A stretch of DNA of 64,000 nucleotides from a virus, in IMG/VR virus record IMGVR_UViG_3300000117_000016, positions 15,779 through 79,778 of that record. The stretch is one strand, 5' to 3'. Position 1 is the stretch's first letter. The number at the start of each line of letters is the position of its first letter. The notes beneath the pieces were generated by a model. That model worked only from the letters and a program-made list of their open reading frames with translations. It made no database searches and was not told the origin of the DNA. Positions 9,725 through 18,920 of this stretch are shown in pieces. A program made the position numbers and the translations under genes.

Positions 9725-10756
9725 TCAGTCTGTACTTCCAGGAGCTTGGTAATATCCTACATGATAGCCGGGTACAGTGTACTCGTCAACCACAGAATCT
9801 ATTCCATTCATTTCTATATCATGTTTTACTTGTTCACACATGGTCATAAATTCTCCTTGCTCACACAACTTACCTTCACGATATTCAATCATTGGGGTTA
9901 CGTTTGTGCCATTAAAAGAATTTTTACCATAATGACATAATTTTTTACATTTCCAACTTTTGCTTAACTGTGGTTTTTTACATTTTTTAATTTTTTCAAA
10001 TTTTGTCCTAAGCAAATTCTCTGTTGCTATAATATCTGACTTATCAAAAGTCATACTAAAAGGACCACCATCATTAATAAAATATATTGTTACAATACAG
10101 TGTTTAATTTCCGGATATAGTTTTTGTGCAGCATAGAAGTAGATCATAAGTTGGGGATCTTTTTCTAATTTTTCTTGGGTCTTTTCTTCTCCCGTTGCCC
10201 AATTTAACCTACGTCCAGTTTTCCAATCAATAATTTCCAATGTGTCATCATTAACTCTAGTAATTAAATCAATAGTACCCTTCATAGCTAGTGTGCCTTT
10301 TAAGTCACCATAATCATATTTAGCCCATGGTTTGTCTATAGTAATATCAAACTGCTGTTCAGGATAAAGAATGTCTCTGTTTCTAGGATCAAACATACCA
10401 TCAGCATATGTGATGGCTTTGTGGGCCCATTTAAAACAATCTTTTTTGTCTTTTTCAGACCATTCATGATGGTCAAAATTAGATGTATAGTAATCATATA
10501 CTTGTGTGCTTAATTCGGTCAGATCGTAATCGGTTACGTCCACTTCGCCCACAATATCGTCTATAAAAGTTTTTTCTCCTTTTTGTTTAGTAAACTGTAC
10601 AAAAGCTAATATTTCTAATATCTTGTGGACTATAGTGCCTTTGTCTGCTTTTTTATTAGAGGGAGACCTATAGCCTAAAACATAATCAAAAAAGTATTGT
10701 TGTTCACACATACAATGAGTATTATATGATGAGCTTCTAAAGTATGTAATTATAAT
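9725..10756 (-). CDS. PD-(D/E)XK exonuclease, Cas4/AddB-like with probable Fe-S Cys staple
   Basis: GTIVHKILE, GTIDLI, IIDWKTG, QLMIY, WKCKKLC...C; frame is open upstream of the ATG (10711) to ATT/ATA codons (see findings). Confidence 0.85.
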   Translation of the reverse strand: MIITYFRSSSYNTHCMCEQQYFFDYVLGYRSPSNKKADKGTIVHKILEILAFVQFTKQKGEKTFIDDIVGEVDVTDYDLTELSTQVYDYYTSNFDHHEWSEKDKKDCFKWAHKAITYADGMFDPRNRDILYPEQQFDITIDKPWAKYDYGDLKGTLAMKGTIDLITRVNDDTLEIIDWKTGRRLNWATGEEKTQEKLEKDPQLMIYFYAAQKLYPEIKHCIVTIYFINDGGPFSMTFDKSDIIATENLLRTKFEKIKKCKKPQLSKSWKCKKLCHYGKNSFNGTNVTPMIEYREGKLCEQGEFMTMCEQVKHDIEMNGIDSVVDEYTVPGYHVGYYQAPGSTD

Positions 10757-11328
10757 GTTAATATTCCTTTATGTGTGAGAAAGTTTTTAATTATATTATT
10801 TTTTTCTTCAATGCTTCCTTCAAGGTTAGCAATAACTAAATCAAAATTAGATTGGTCATAGTTACCGTCGTCTAACGCTGTTTCGCTTTCGTGTGTGGAT
10901 TCATACAGGTTTCTATTAAGTTTTATTACCATACCACCAGCTTTTTTAACAGCGTCAACCTCGTTAGGAAATCTACAATCTGCTATCATCGCTAGTTTTG
11001 GTTTTTCTTTTTCTATTAATCTGATTGTAGCTGATGACCAAACATGATTTTGCATTCTTCTAAAAACGTCTGTCCCAACATATTGCAGCACCTCTCTGGC
11101 TGTCATTTGTGCATCAGTGCCGGGCCAATAGCAATCCACAGTTTCATTTTTGTTTTCATCTGTACCATAACATTGTTCTTCTGTTAAGCCTAATATGTTT
11201 ATACACAGCTGTTTTAAAGGATCTGCAAAGTTATATATTTTGGTTTCTTGGTTTGGCAAAAGACTTTGAATAAATTCACATGAAGTAGTTTTCCCAGATT
11301 GTTTTCTGCCAGCAAACGCTATAATCAT
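10750..11328 (-). CDS. Deoxynucleoside monophosphate kinase (T4 gp1-like)
   Basis: GRKQSGKTT, FADPLK, REVLQYVGTD, DCRFPNE, HESE. Confidence 0.9.
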   Translation of the reverse strand: MIIAFAGRKQSGKTTSCEFIQSLLPNQETKIYNFADPLKQLCINILGLTEEQCYGTDENKNETVDCYWPGTDAQMTAREVLQYVGTDVFRRMQNHVWSSATIRLIEKEKPKLAMIADCRFPNEVDAVKKAGGMVIKLNRNLYESTHESETALDDGNYDQSNFDLVIANLEGSIEEKNNIIKNFLTHKGILTL

Positions 11329-12497
11329 AAATACTCCTGTATGGTTTTCTTGATTTCTGTGTCAATTTGATTAGAAGTCATATCGGCGATATCATTAGCA
11401 GATATTTCTATATTATATACATTATATGTACGATTGCAATTTTTGGAAATATTTTGAGCTGCCTTACGACCAGCATCATCATTGTCCATGATTGTAAATA
11501 TGCACATTGCTCCACTAGAATCTAGCAGTAGCTTTTGTTGATTGCTAAGATTAGTACCAAATATAGCAACACTGTTGTGTATGCCATTCTCTTCTAACTT
11601 CCACACATTACCAGGACTTTCTACTAGAATTACATACATACTTTTTTTAATATGTTCTTTAGCAAACCAAAAGTTATATAAGTATTCTTGTGTTTTAAAT
11701 CCACTGTTATGTTTCCACTTAGAACATTTCCATAAGTTTTCAGCAGAGGGGCATGCGTCGGATGGATCATGAAAGCCTCCACACTTATCACACTTTTCAT
11801 GTATACTTCTACCAGTACAACCTACCATCGTTTCATAATTCATGTCGTAAATAGGCACGACAACTCTGTTGTTCATTTCTCTTTTAGGATTAGAACATAG
11901 GCCAACATCATATTTGTCCATAATGTTTTGGCTATACCCTCTATCTATATAGTATTGAGAGGGAATAGAAAGACTACTTCTCACTGTGTTTCTAGTGACA
12001 ACAGGCTTGTCAGACTTTTGTGTTGTTTGCATAGATCTCATAGCGATATTAAATTTATGCTTACTTTGCTGAGTTCTGTTAATCCTAATATTTTGTAATT
12101 TGGTATTTGTAAATTCTTCACAGAATTGTAAGGTTTCTTTAAAGCTACAGGTTTCGTCACCCGGCTTAGACCAGTTGTATTTTTTGTTAGATAGTAAACC
12201 TCTGACAAAACCTATAATGGAAGGCTGAAAAACTTCTTCACAATTATGAGTTCTGCATTTCCAATTACCTCTATAAGATTCTCCTTCTGGATATATATTT
12301 ATCGCAGACGGATTGTCTCCACCGTGTATAGGGCAGCACATACTATAAAATCTACCATTGTCTTTATGATCAATTTCAAAATAATCAAATAAATCTTCTG
12401 CCTTGTCGCATAAATTGTCGCAGAGTATTTTTAATTTTTGTTGTTGATTTTTATTCGAATGGGATTGCTTCTTCACTGTCTTCATCAAACTCCTCAA
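11325..12497 (-). CDS. dnaG: DNA primase (CHC2 zinc finger plus TOPRIM)
   Basis: CPIH...WKCRTHNC, RVVVPI, LVESPGNV, MDNDDAG. Confidence 0.88.
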   Translation of the reverse strand: MRSLMKTVKKQSHSNKNQQQKLKILCDNLCDKAEDLFDYFEIDHKDNGRFYSMCCPIHGGDNPSAINIYPEGESYRGNWKCRTHNCEEVFQPSIIGFVRGLLSNKKYNWSKPGDETCSFKETLQFCEEFTNTKLQNIRINRTQQSKHKFNIAMRSMQTTQKSDKPVVTRNTVRSSLSIPSQYYIDRGYSQNIMDKYDVGLCSNPKREMNNRVVVPIYDMNYETMVGCTGRSIHEKCDKCGGFHDPSDACPSAENLWKCSKWKHNSGFKTQEYLYNFWFAKEHIKKSMYVILVESPGNVWKLEENGIHNSVAIFGTNLSNQQKLLLDSSGAMCIFTIMDNDDAGRKAAQNISKNCNRTYNVYNIEISANDIADMTSNQIDTEIKKTIQEYL

Positions 12498-13899
12498 TAC
12501 TATTGGGTTTCTGCATTAGTTCCAATCTGGTTTTACCTTCGCTAATCTTAGCACACCAACCCTTCATGTTACAATTAATATAATCATTGTCGTCTAATCC
12601 TCCTCCATGTCTACTGACCAGAGGTAATAATTTTCTATTTCCGTTATCTGGACCGTCTTCTGCTATTTCCTCATCTGTCTTACGTTTGAATATAGTGAAG
12701 TTGCTACAAAGCCAAATAATTCTATCTGATCCACTAGCGGTGTCTGTGCTCTCTTTGGTGATACCATCCCTGTTAAGCTGAACAAATGCTACTATAGGGA
12801 CCTTATACCTAGTAGCAAAGTTATGTAAGGCTGTCATCATGAATCCTAGAACTTGATATTCTTTCATGTCTTGACTCATGCCTTGGCTGTCCATGAGTTT
12901 TAAGTAGTCGTAAAATATTACGCAGTCCTTAGCTGATCCGTCTTCATTTAGTCCAACTTCTTTAATCAACCATCGTCGCATCAAGGAGATTTGATCTTCA
13001 AAAGGTTGTCCAGCAATAGACTTGTGATATATACCCATATCTTTGAGTTGCTCTGCTGCTTTTTGTATTTTGTTTTTCTTGTTTGGGGATTGAGCAAACT
13101 TACCAGTTTCGATACTACTAATATCCACTTCTGTCATCATGGCTAGTATCCTATTTATGTGATCCTCTTTCATCATTTCTGTATCTAAATTTAGGATTGG
13201 TACTTTTGATTTAGAAGCAATATTAAATCCAATATTATCTGACAATAAAGTTTTCCCTGTTTTGGGTCTAGCAGCAATTACATTTACTGTGCCTCTACGC
13301 AAACCGCCTCCAATAGCCTGATCATAGATAGGGAATCCTGTAGGTATACCTATTTGATCTATAGGATTATCAATTAATGACTGTATATATTCGTCAACAT
13401 CCTGACCAACGGTTGTGGGGTGGTTCTCTGTGTCATTAAGAAGAGAAGAAAAATTAAATATGACGTCTTCTGCAATACCGACAATACTGCCAACGGGTTC
13501 GGTTCCTTTTACTTCAGAAACTTTACCTTTAGCTTTGTCTAGCTGTTCTTCTAAAAGTCTAGCTATTTCTAGCTTTCTAACTTTTGCAGCAAATTTTCTA
13601 ACATTGTCTAATTCTACAGGGAAGTTTGTGATTGCCTGTAAGTGTTGAACTTCTTCTTTTTTAGTAACTACTGAAGATAGGTGTAATTCTTCAGCAGCTG
13701 AAAAAATAGTAGCTATGTCTAATTTAGTGTTTGGATTTTTCTCAAAAACATATTTAAAGCATTTGTATAAAACAATATTGCTATCTATGGTAAACGAGCT
13801 TTCTTGCAGCAGATCTGCTACATCATAGTAAGCATCTTCACCGTAGTTAAATATACCCGACAGAACTGCACGTTCTGCTGACGCATCTGATAATTTCAT
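12451..13899 (-). CDS. dnaB: Replicative DNA helicase
   Basis: AERAVL, IPTGF, AARPKTGKT, LDTEM, DYLKL, QLNR. Confidence 0.93.
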   Translation of the reverse strand: MKLSDASAERAVLSGIFNYGEDAYYDVADLLQESSFTIDSNIVLYKCFKYVFEKNPNTKLDIATIFSAAEELHLSSVVTKKEEVQHLQAITNFPVELDNVRKFAAKVRKLEIARLLEEQLDKAKGKVSEVKGTEPVGSIVGIAEDVIFNFSSLLNDTENHPTTVGQDVDEYIQSLIDNPIDQIGIPTGFPIYDQAIGGGLRRGTVNVIAARPKTGKTLLSDNIGFNIASKSKVPILNLDTEMMKEDHINRILAMMTEVDISSIETGKFAQSPNKKNKIQKAAEQLKDMGIYHKSIAGQPFEDQISLMRRWLIKEVGLNEDGSAKDCVIFYDYLKLMDSQGMSQDMKEYQVLGFMMTALHNFATRYKVPIVAFVQLNRDGITKESTDTASGSDRIIWLCSNFTIFKRKTDEEIAEDGPDNGNRKLLPLVSRHGGGLDDNDYINCNMKGWCAKISEGKTRLELMQKPNSIEEFDEDSEEAIPFE

Positions 13900-13900
13900 T

Positions 13901-14278
13901 TTACCCAGCCATTGTGGAACATTTATTACACTTATAACGATCTATAGATTCTATCACCCCTGCATTTACTTCTTCTTTTTTACCACAAACACGACAAGTG
14001 ACACTTACTGGAGTGTAGTTTCTTGTTCTAGGTACAGGAGGCTGTTTAGAAACCCTTTTGTCAAACTCAACATCTTCTTTATGCATTGTGAATTCAGCCA
14101 TTTGCTCAAACTTATTAACTCTTTGTGTTTTTCTGTCTATACTTTTAGACTTAATAACAGAGTTGTGAAATTCTGTCTGTGGCTCTGAGACCTCAGCTTC
14201 TTCCTCTTCTTTTGGAAGCATAGCAGCAAGCATATTGATCATTTGTTTAATTTGCTTGGGACTTAGGTTTTCATCCAT
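13901..14278 (-). CDS. Hypothetical protein with C-terminal Zn ribbon
   Basis: CRVC...CNKC. Confidence 0.7.
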   Translation of the reverse strand: MDENLSPKQIKQMINMLAAMLPKEEEEAEVSEPQTEFHNSVIKSKSIDRKTQRVNKFEQMAEFTMHKEDVEFDKRVSKQPPVPRTRNYTPVSVTCRVCGKKEEVNAGVIESIDRYKCNKCSTMAG

Positions 14279-14762
14279 TTTTAATCATCCCCTTTGCTCT
14301 TTGTGTAGAAATTAAAATATCTGATAAATTTTTAAGTGTGCTTGAAAGATAAGTCAACCTATCTGATCTTTGTTTAGCATATTTTTTTATTTGGTTTAGC
14401 TTGATTGCTCTTTCGTTGTGCTTGATTGCCTGTAAGGATTTTTCTACATATCCGTAACCCTTATAATTATTAATTTCGTCAGCTATGGTTTCTTTAATGG
14501 TCTCATCAGCCCAATTGTATCTAGCCATTTCTCTATTTAAACTTCTCTGTATATGAAAACCAAATTGACCAATCCTATATGCAATCTCAGCACATTCTGT
14601 AACAGTAAGTTTTTCTAGAACGTCCCTATTCATAGTAAGATATTCTTGAAGTTCCGCTTCTGGTAAGCTGTCTCCAGCATAGGCTGGAATACCAATACCT
14701 TTTTCGTATTCGTCTAATATATTGTCCCAATGCGTTATTTCTTCTTTAGCTGTTCTGGTCAT
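14271..14762 (-). CDS. Helical hypothetical protein (possibly a UvsY-like recombination mediator)
   Basis: Coiled-coil character and position near recA; the function is an inference. Confidence 0.5.
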   Translation of the reverse strand: MTRTAKEEITHWDNILDEYEKGIGIPAYAGDSLPEAELQEYLTMNRDVLEKLTVTECAEIAYRIGQFGFHIQRSLNREMARYNWADETIKETIADEINNYKGYGYVEKSLQAIKHNERAIKLNQIKKYAKQRSDRLTYLSSTLKNLSDILISTQRAKGMIKNG

Positions 14763-15156
14763 TTATTATATCTTTCCATTCCGATATTTTATTATAAGGC
14801 AATTCTATAAAACCAATCTCATTTGTCTCACACCAGTTTTTCTTTTCTCTATCTCTTTTTTTATGTTTTAAAAAATTTAGTTTGTTCTGATGAAAAAACG
14901 GAACATACTTATAGTGCTGTTCACCATGAACCTCTATACAAATTTTAGCAAGCGGGAGGTAAAAGTCAAGGTACAAAATTTCAGTTCTTCTCAAAGGTAT
15001 TGGAACTTCCTCTAAAATCTGATAAGTAGGGAAAATATTTTTTATGACTTCCCTAGCTTGTAAATGTAGTTCAGATTTATTCTGTCTACTACCTTTGGCT
15101 ATGTGTCCTGTTAATTGCCATTTTTGTAATTTGCCATCTAAATCAATAATATCCAT
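14746..15156 (-). CDS. Restriction-endonuclease-fold nuclease (DUF559/Vsr-like)
   Basis: SELH...EEV...LDFYLP...IEVHGEQHY...RDREKKNWC...IELPY. Confidence 0.8.
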   Translation of the reverse strand: MDIIDLDGKLQKWQLTGHIAKGSRQNKSELHLQAREVIKNIFPTYQILEEVPIPLRRTEILYLDFYLPLAKICIEVHGEQHYKYVPFFHQNKLNFLKHKKRDREKKNWCETNEIGFIELPYNKISEWKDIINDQNS

Positions 15157-15160
15157 ACCA

Positions 15161-16207
15161 TCACATGCCCATCGTATCTTTCACTTGATTCCAAAGAGTG
15201 TTATATACTTCTGGATTAGAAGCAATATAATTTCTAGCTTTTTCTTCACCCTGAAATTTAGGGGTATCTTCTATACAAGAAATAGTATACCAAGCGCCAG
15301 CCTGATCCACCAATCCAATATCTTTAGCCAAATTAAATACTTCCATCGCTCTGTCTATACCTTCACCATACCGTAAGAAGCTTGTAATCTTACCGCCAGG
15401 AGGACCTAAAGCCGAACAATTTACCATCCAGTGTATTTTTTGTCCAATCTGAGTATCTTCTTTGCCTACTTTCCATGGCTCAAAATAAGTAGCTCTTAGT
15501 TTAACATCGGTTTGATAAGCAATAGCTTGTCCAGATTTTTCCTTAAACTCTACATTACCATGACCTGGATTACCCATTAAGTGAGTAATGCCAATAACAA
15601 CATTTTTATTAACAGGAATTACATTTGCCACTTTTCTGCAAAATTTAGCCAATAGCTTTGCTCCATCTGCTCTTTGCATTTTACCCATGTCAGCAGTAAT
15701 TTCAGCTTCTGTGCATAGTGCTGAATAAGAATCTATAATTAGTACAGATCCTGGTTCTTCATTAATGATTCTTTCTCCGATAGATAAATACTCTTCAGCA
15801 TGTAGTATCTTACCTTGCTGAGATCCTATGACATGAAACTTATCTAAATTCAAACCTGGAATACCTTCTAAATCCCTCTTCTTCAATCTACCTTCTATGT
15901 TTAGATAATACACATCTCTACCATCCGCAAACGAACTGTGTGCATATTCTTTTCTTTGTGCTGTAGCAGCGAAGTCTAAGGATGTTGTTGTCTTGCCACA
16001 CTTAGGATGTCCGGTGAAAATCATAAAGCTACCTTCTGGGACACCACCGTTCAACACAAGGTCTAGACAAGGAGAGACAGGAATAGTTATCAAGTTTTGA
16101 TCTACCACAGAATTAGCGGACAACATAATCCCATCACCAAATTGTTTTTTTACTCCATCTTGGATTTTGTTTTTTGTTGCTGGAGTTTTACTTTTGGTTT
16201 TGCTCAT
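15161..16207 (-). CDS. recA: RecA/UvsX recombinase
   Basis: LDLVLNGGVPEG, GHPKCGKTT, IIDSYSAL, YGEGID, AGAWY. Confidence 0.92.
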   Translation of the reverse strand: MSKTKSKTPATKNKIQDGVKKQFGDGIMLSANSVVDQNLITIPVSPCLDLVLNGGVPEGSFMIFTGHPKCGKTTTSLDFAATAQRKEYAHSSFADGRDVYYLNIEGRLKKRDLEGIPGLNLDKFHVIGSQQGKILHAEEYLSIGERIINEEPGSVLIIDSYSALCTEAEITADMGKMQRADGAKLLAKFCRKVANVIPVNKNVVIGITHLMGNPGHGNVEFKEKSGQAIAYQTDVKLRATYFEPWKVGKEDTQIGQKIHWMVNCSALGPPGGKITSFLRYGEGIDRAMEVFNLAKDIGLVDQAGAWYTISCIEDTPKFQGEEKARNYIASNPEVYNTLWNQVKDTMGM

Positions 16208-16613
16208 CGTCTAAATCCTTCAGTTTTGATAAAATGTTTTTAGTAGTTTTGTGTTTCTTGTAAGTGGACTTATCTCTATCTAAGTCTATTGTAACATCTT
16301 TGTTCTGTTTAGACAAGATCTTTTCATGTTTCTGTATTACTGGTGTCAAAAATTTAGATCTTAGAGAGTAGGTTCTATAGCACTTTCTATCCTTGATAGC
16401 TGCTATAATTGCCTTGGCACTATATTTTTTCAAAAGTCTGTGTGCTGTAAAAATCTGACTTTTATAAAATGACGACCATTCCTTGTTATTCCAAAATCTG
16501 TAATGTAAATCTTTTTGTTCAATTCTTGCTTTATTCTCACAAATTAATTCCGTAATATATTGAGCAGCAGACACTTCCTTGCCGTTCGAATATTTAGAAA
16601 TGTATTTATTCAC
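16188..16613 (-). CDS. Hypothetical basic protein
   Basis: 141-aa ORF, translationally coupled to neighbours. Confidence 0.7.
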   Translation of the reverse strand: MNKYISKYSNGKEVSAAQYITELICENKARIEQKDLHYRFWNNKEWSSFYKSQIFTAHRLLKKYSAKAIIAAIKDRKCYRTYSLRSKFLTPVIQKHEKILSKQNKDVTIDLDRDKSTYKKHKTTKNILSKLKDLDDEQNQK

Positions 16614-16920
16614 GAGCTTTGTTAATAGCGTTCTTGTACTTGGAGTTGATATTGCTTTGTCTATCGTCAGTCAGTTGAGATGCTGCCTGTGTCATTATAG
16701 TAACACTTTTTGTTCTTTTGCCAGAAGTTTCTTGGATAAAAGAATCAGCCTTACTAGATACCGTTTTAATGTTTGCATTATTGGGACTTTCTACACCAAC
16801 AATATCTACTACTGTTTGTTCAGACAGATTTAATTCTTTAGCGATTTGCTTATCTTCCATTTGAATAACTTCCTTCAAATATCGAACAGCATATTCTTTA
16901 GTCTTGGATATTTTTGCCAT
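16606..16920 (-). CDS. Hypothetical protein with N-terminal HTH
   Basis: DKQIAKELNLSEQTV; start MAKISK via TAATG overlap. Confidence 0.65.
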   Translation of the reverse strand: MAKISKTKEYAVRYLKEVIQMEDKQIAKELNLSEQTVVDIVGVESPNNANIKTVSSKADSFIQETSGKRTKSVTIMTQAASQLTDDRQSNINSKYKNAINKARE

Positions 16921-17291
16921 TATTCCATCTCTCTTTCCGCATTTCTTAACCATGCAATATTCTTGGTTTTTAAAAAGTTTGTATATAACTCAAATACTCT
17001 AGGGGATACCGATTTAAACTCCCATGCTTTCTTGCCAATTTTAGACAAGAACTTATTTGATGTTCCTTCTGAATACATGCCGATAGGATTGTATATTTTG
17101 CCGTGTGATCCTAGTTTTAAAAAATATCTAGTATTACTACCTAAAGTAACACTTTTGGCTAGGACATCTCCAGTACCATCCTCTAGCCTTGGAAAATTTT
17201 TATTGTCTAAATAATCATGCTGTCCGAATACTGTGTAGTATTCATATATCTTGCTATCAGGTTCATGATCATTAATCTGTCTTGTACTCAT
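16920..17291 (-). CDS. Hypothetical protein
   Basis: 123-aa ORF in operon. Confidence 0.7.
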   Translation of the reverse strand: MSTRQINDHEPDSKIYEYYTVFGQHDYLDNKNFPRLEDGTGDVLAKSVTLGSNTRYFLKLGSHGKIYNPIGMYSEGTSNKFLSKIGKKAWEFKSVSPRVFELYTNFLKTKNIAWLRNAEREME

Positions 17292-17292
17292 A

Positions 17293-17640
17293 TTATTTGG
17301 GCCAAATCGTTTTTGGCTTCCTTTCTATTCTAGACATTCCATCAGGCAAAACAGTGTTAGGGTCTTCCTTACCTCTATTGGAATAGTGTTTTCTTTGTAG
17401 TTCAGCTTTATAATCGTCACTAAATTTTTCTGTGTTTCTCTGAGCCAAGTCTCCTAAGGTTTTTAGTTCAGAGTCACTTTTCTTTACAGAGCTGTTTAAA
17501 GTAAGCATATCTTCTTGATAGTCCCTACCACACATTTCCTTACAGCTATCACACTTTACCCTATCTTTGTAGTCATTGATATTAGCAAAGAGATCAAATG
17601 ATTTATTACAGGATTCACAAAAATATGTATATGTTGGCAT
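17293..17640 (-). CDS. FmdB-family zinc-ribbon protein
   Basis: MPTYTYFCESC...F...CDSC. Confidence 0.85.
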   Translation of the reverse strand: MPTYTYFCESCNKSFDLFANINDYKDRVKCDSCKEMCGRDYQEDMLTLNSSVKKSDSELKTLGDLAQRNTEKFSDDYKAELQRKHYSNRGKEDPNTVLPDGMSRIERKPKTIWPK

Positions 17641-17641
17641 A

Positions 17642-18208
17642 TTAATTTATAAAATTAGAAACGTATTCCATCCACTCTTCTGGTATGTCTTTTATTGTAA
17701 GTAAGTGCTGTGCTATTGGCAAGTATTTTTCACTCTTAGATGGAATATATGGTTTTTTTATTAGAGGCATCTTAGCCTGTTGTGGGGTTTTGTCTCCTTT
17801 TTTTAAATTACAGCTTAAACATGCGGTGGTTATATTATGCCACCCTGTTGCTTTTAAAGAACTATTAGCTGGCCATTTAGACTTGGGTATTACATGGTCA
17901 TAAGTTAGCTTTCTTGATTTCTTGCCACAATACTGGCATGTATAATTATCTCTAATGAATATATTCTTTCTGCAGAATTTTATTTCTTCTTTAAAGAAAT
18001 TATAAAACTTAGTTAATTTAATTACAGAGGGTATATATATTTCTTTAGACACAGACTTGACACTATCTTTGTAGTAAGATACAACCTCCACATTGCTTTT
18101 GTATCCTTTAGAGCTACCATACCATAGCACCATAGCCTTTTGCCAAGATATGGTGCATAGTGGTGTGTAGTTACAGTTTATAATTAAACAGTCTTTGTGC
18201 TTAGACAT
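17642..18208 (-). CDS. HNH endonuclease
   Basis: RKNIFIRDNYTCQYCG...TYDHVIPKS...WHNITTACLSCNLKKG. Confidence 0.92.
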   Translation of the reverse strand: MSKHKDCLIINCNYTPLCTISWQKAMVLWYGSSKGYKSNVEVVSYYKDSVKSVSKEIYIPSVIKLTKFYNFFKEEIKFCRKNIFIRDNYTCQYCGKKSRKLTYDHVIPKSKWPANSSLKATGWHNITTACLSCNLKKGDKTPQQAKMPLIKKPYIPSKSEKYLPIAQHLLTIKDIPEEWMEYVSNFIN

Positions 18209-18209
18209 T

Positions 18210-18896
18210 TTAAAGCCTATGGACTATCTCTGCTATGATTGGATTTCTAACAATGTCGGAAATTTCTAAATGAGAAAAACCCACGCCGCTGGCTCCTTGC
18301 AACCTGTCTATAATAGATCCAAAACCACCCTTTTGAGTGGCGTGTAGATCTGATTGGTCTAGATCACCCGTAAGAACCATTTTACTGTTCATACCAATTC
18401 TAGTTAATAGCATTTTTAATTGATCATAAGAGGCATTCTGACATTCATCTGCTACAATGAAAGCATCATGGAAACTTCTACCTCTCATCAAACCCAAAGG
18501 CACGATTTCTATTGCCCTGCCAGATTTCAATTTATGAAAGTGTTCCATTTTAAGAAAATGATTAACTTCATCAAATAATGGCAATAAGTATGGATGTAGT
18601 TTTTCTTCAGCACTACCCGGCAAAAAGCCTAGCTTTTCTCCTGCTTCGACAACAGGTCTAGTGATAACTATCTTTTGTACCTTATAATCTAACAGATATT
18701 CTAGAGCCATACCAACAGCAATATGTGTTTTACCACTACCAGGAACACCCTGACAGAAGGTAATAGTGCTTTCTGCTACAGTTCTAATATAATCTTTTTG
18801 ATTTATAGACCTTGGTTTAAGTCTATTTTTAAATCCAACAATATGTTCTTCAGGGGCTAACTTATCAGCAGCCTTTTTAATTTTGCGTTTTCTCAA
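18210..18896 (-). CDS. phoH: PhoH-like ATPase
   Basis: GVPGSGKT, TRPVVEAGEKLGFLPG, MRGRSF, DECQN, TGDLDQSD. Confidence 0.95.
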   Translation of the reverse strand: MRKRKIKKAADKLAPEEHIVGFKNRLKPRSINQKDYIRTVAESTITFCQGVPGSGKTHIAVGMALEYLLDYKVQKIVITRPVVEAGEKLGFLPGSAEEKLHPYLLPLFDEVNHFLKMEHFHKLKSGRAIEIVPLGLMRGRSFHDAFIVADECQNASYDQLKMLLTRIGMNSKMVLTGDLDQSDLHATQKGGFGSIIDRLQGASGVGFSHLEISDIVRNPIIAEIVHRL

Positions 18897-18920
18897 GGTT
18901 GTACCTCTCTAGGAGTAGAA

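Noticed and set aside
9725-10756. Cas4-like nuclease as evidence of CRISPR-Cas
   Set aside because: No repeat-spacer array or other cas gene was seen; solo Cas4-like nucleases are common in phage replication modules
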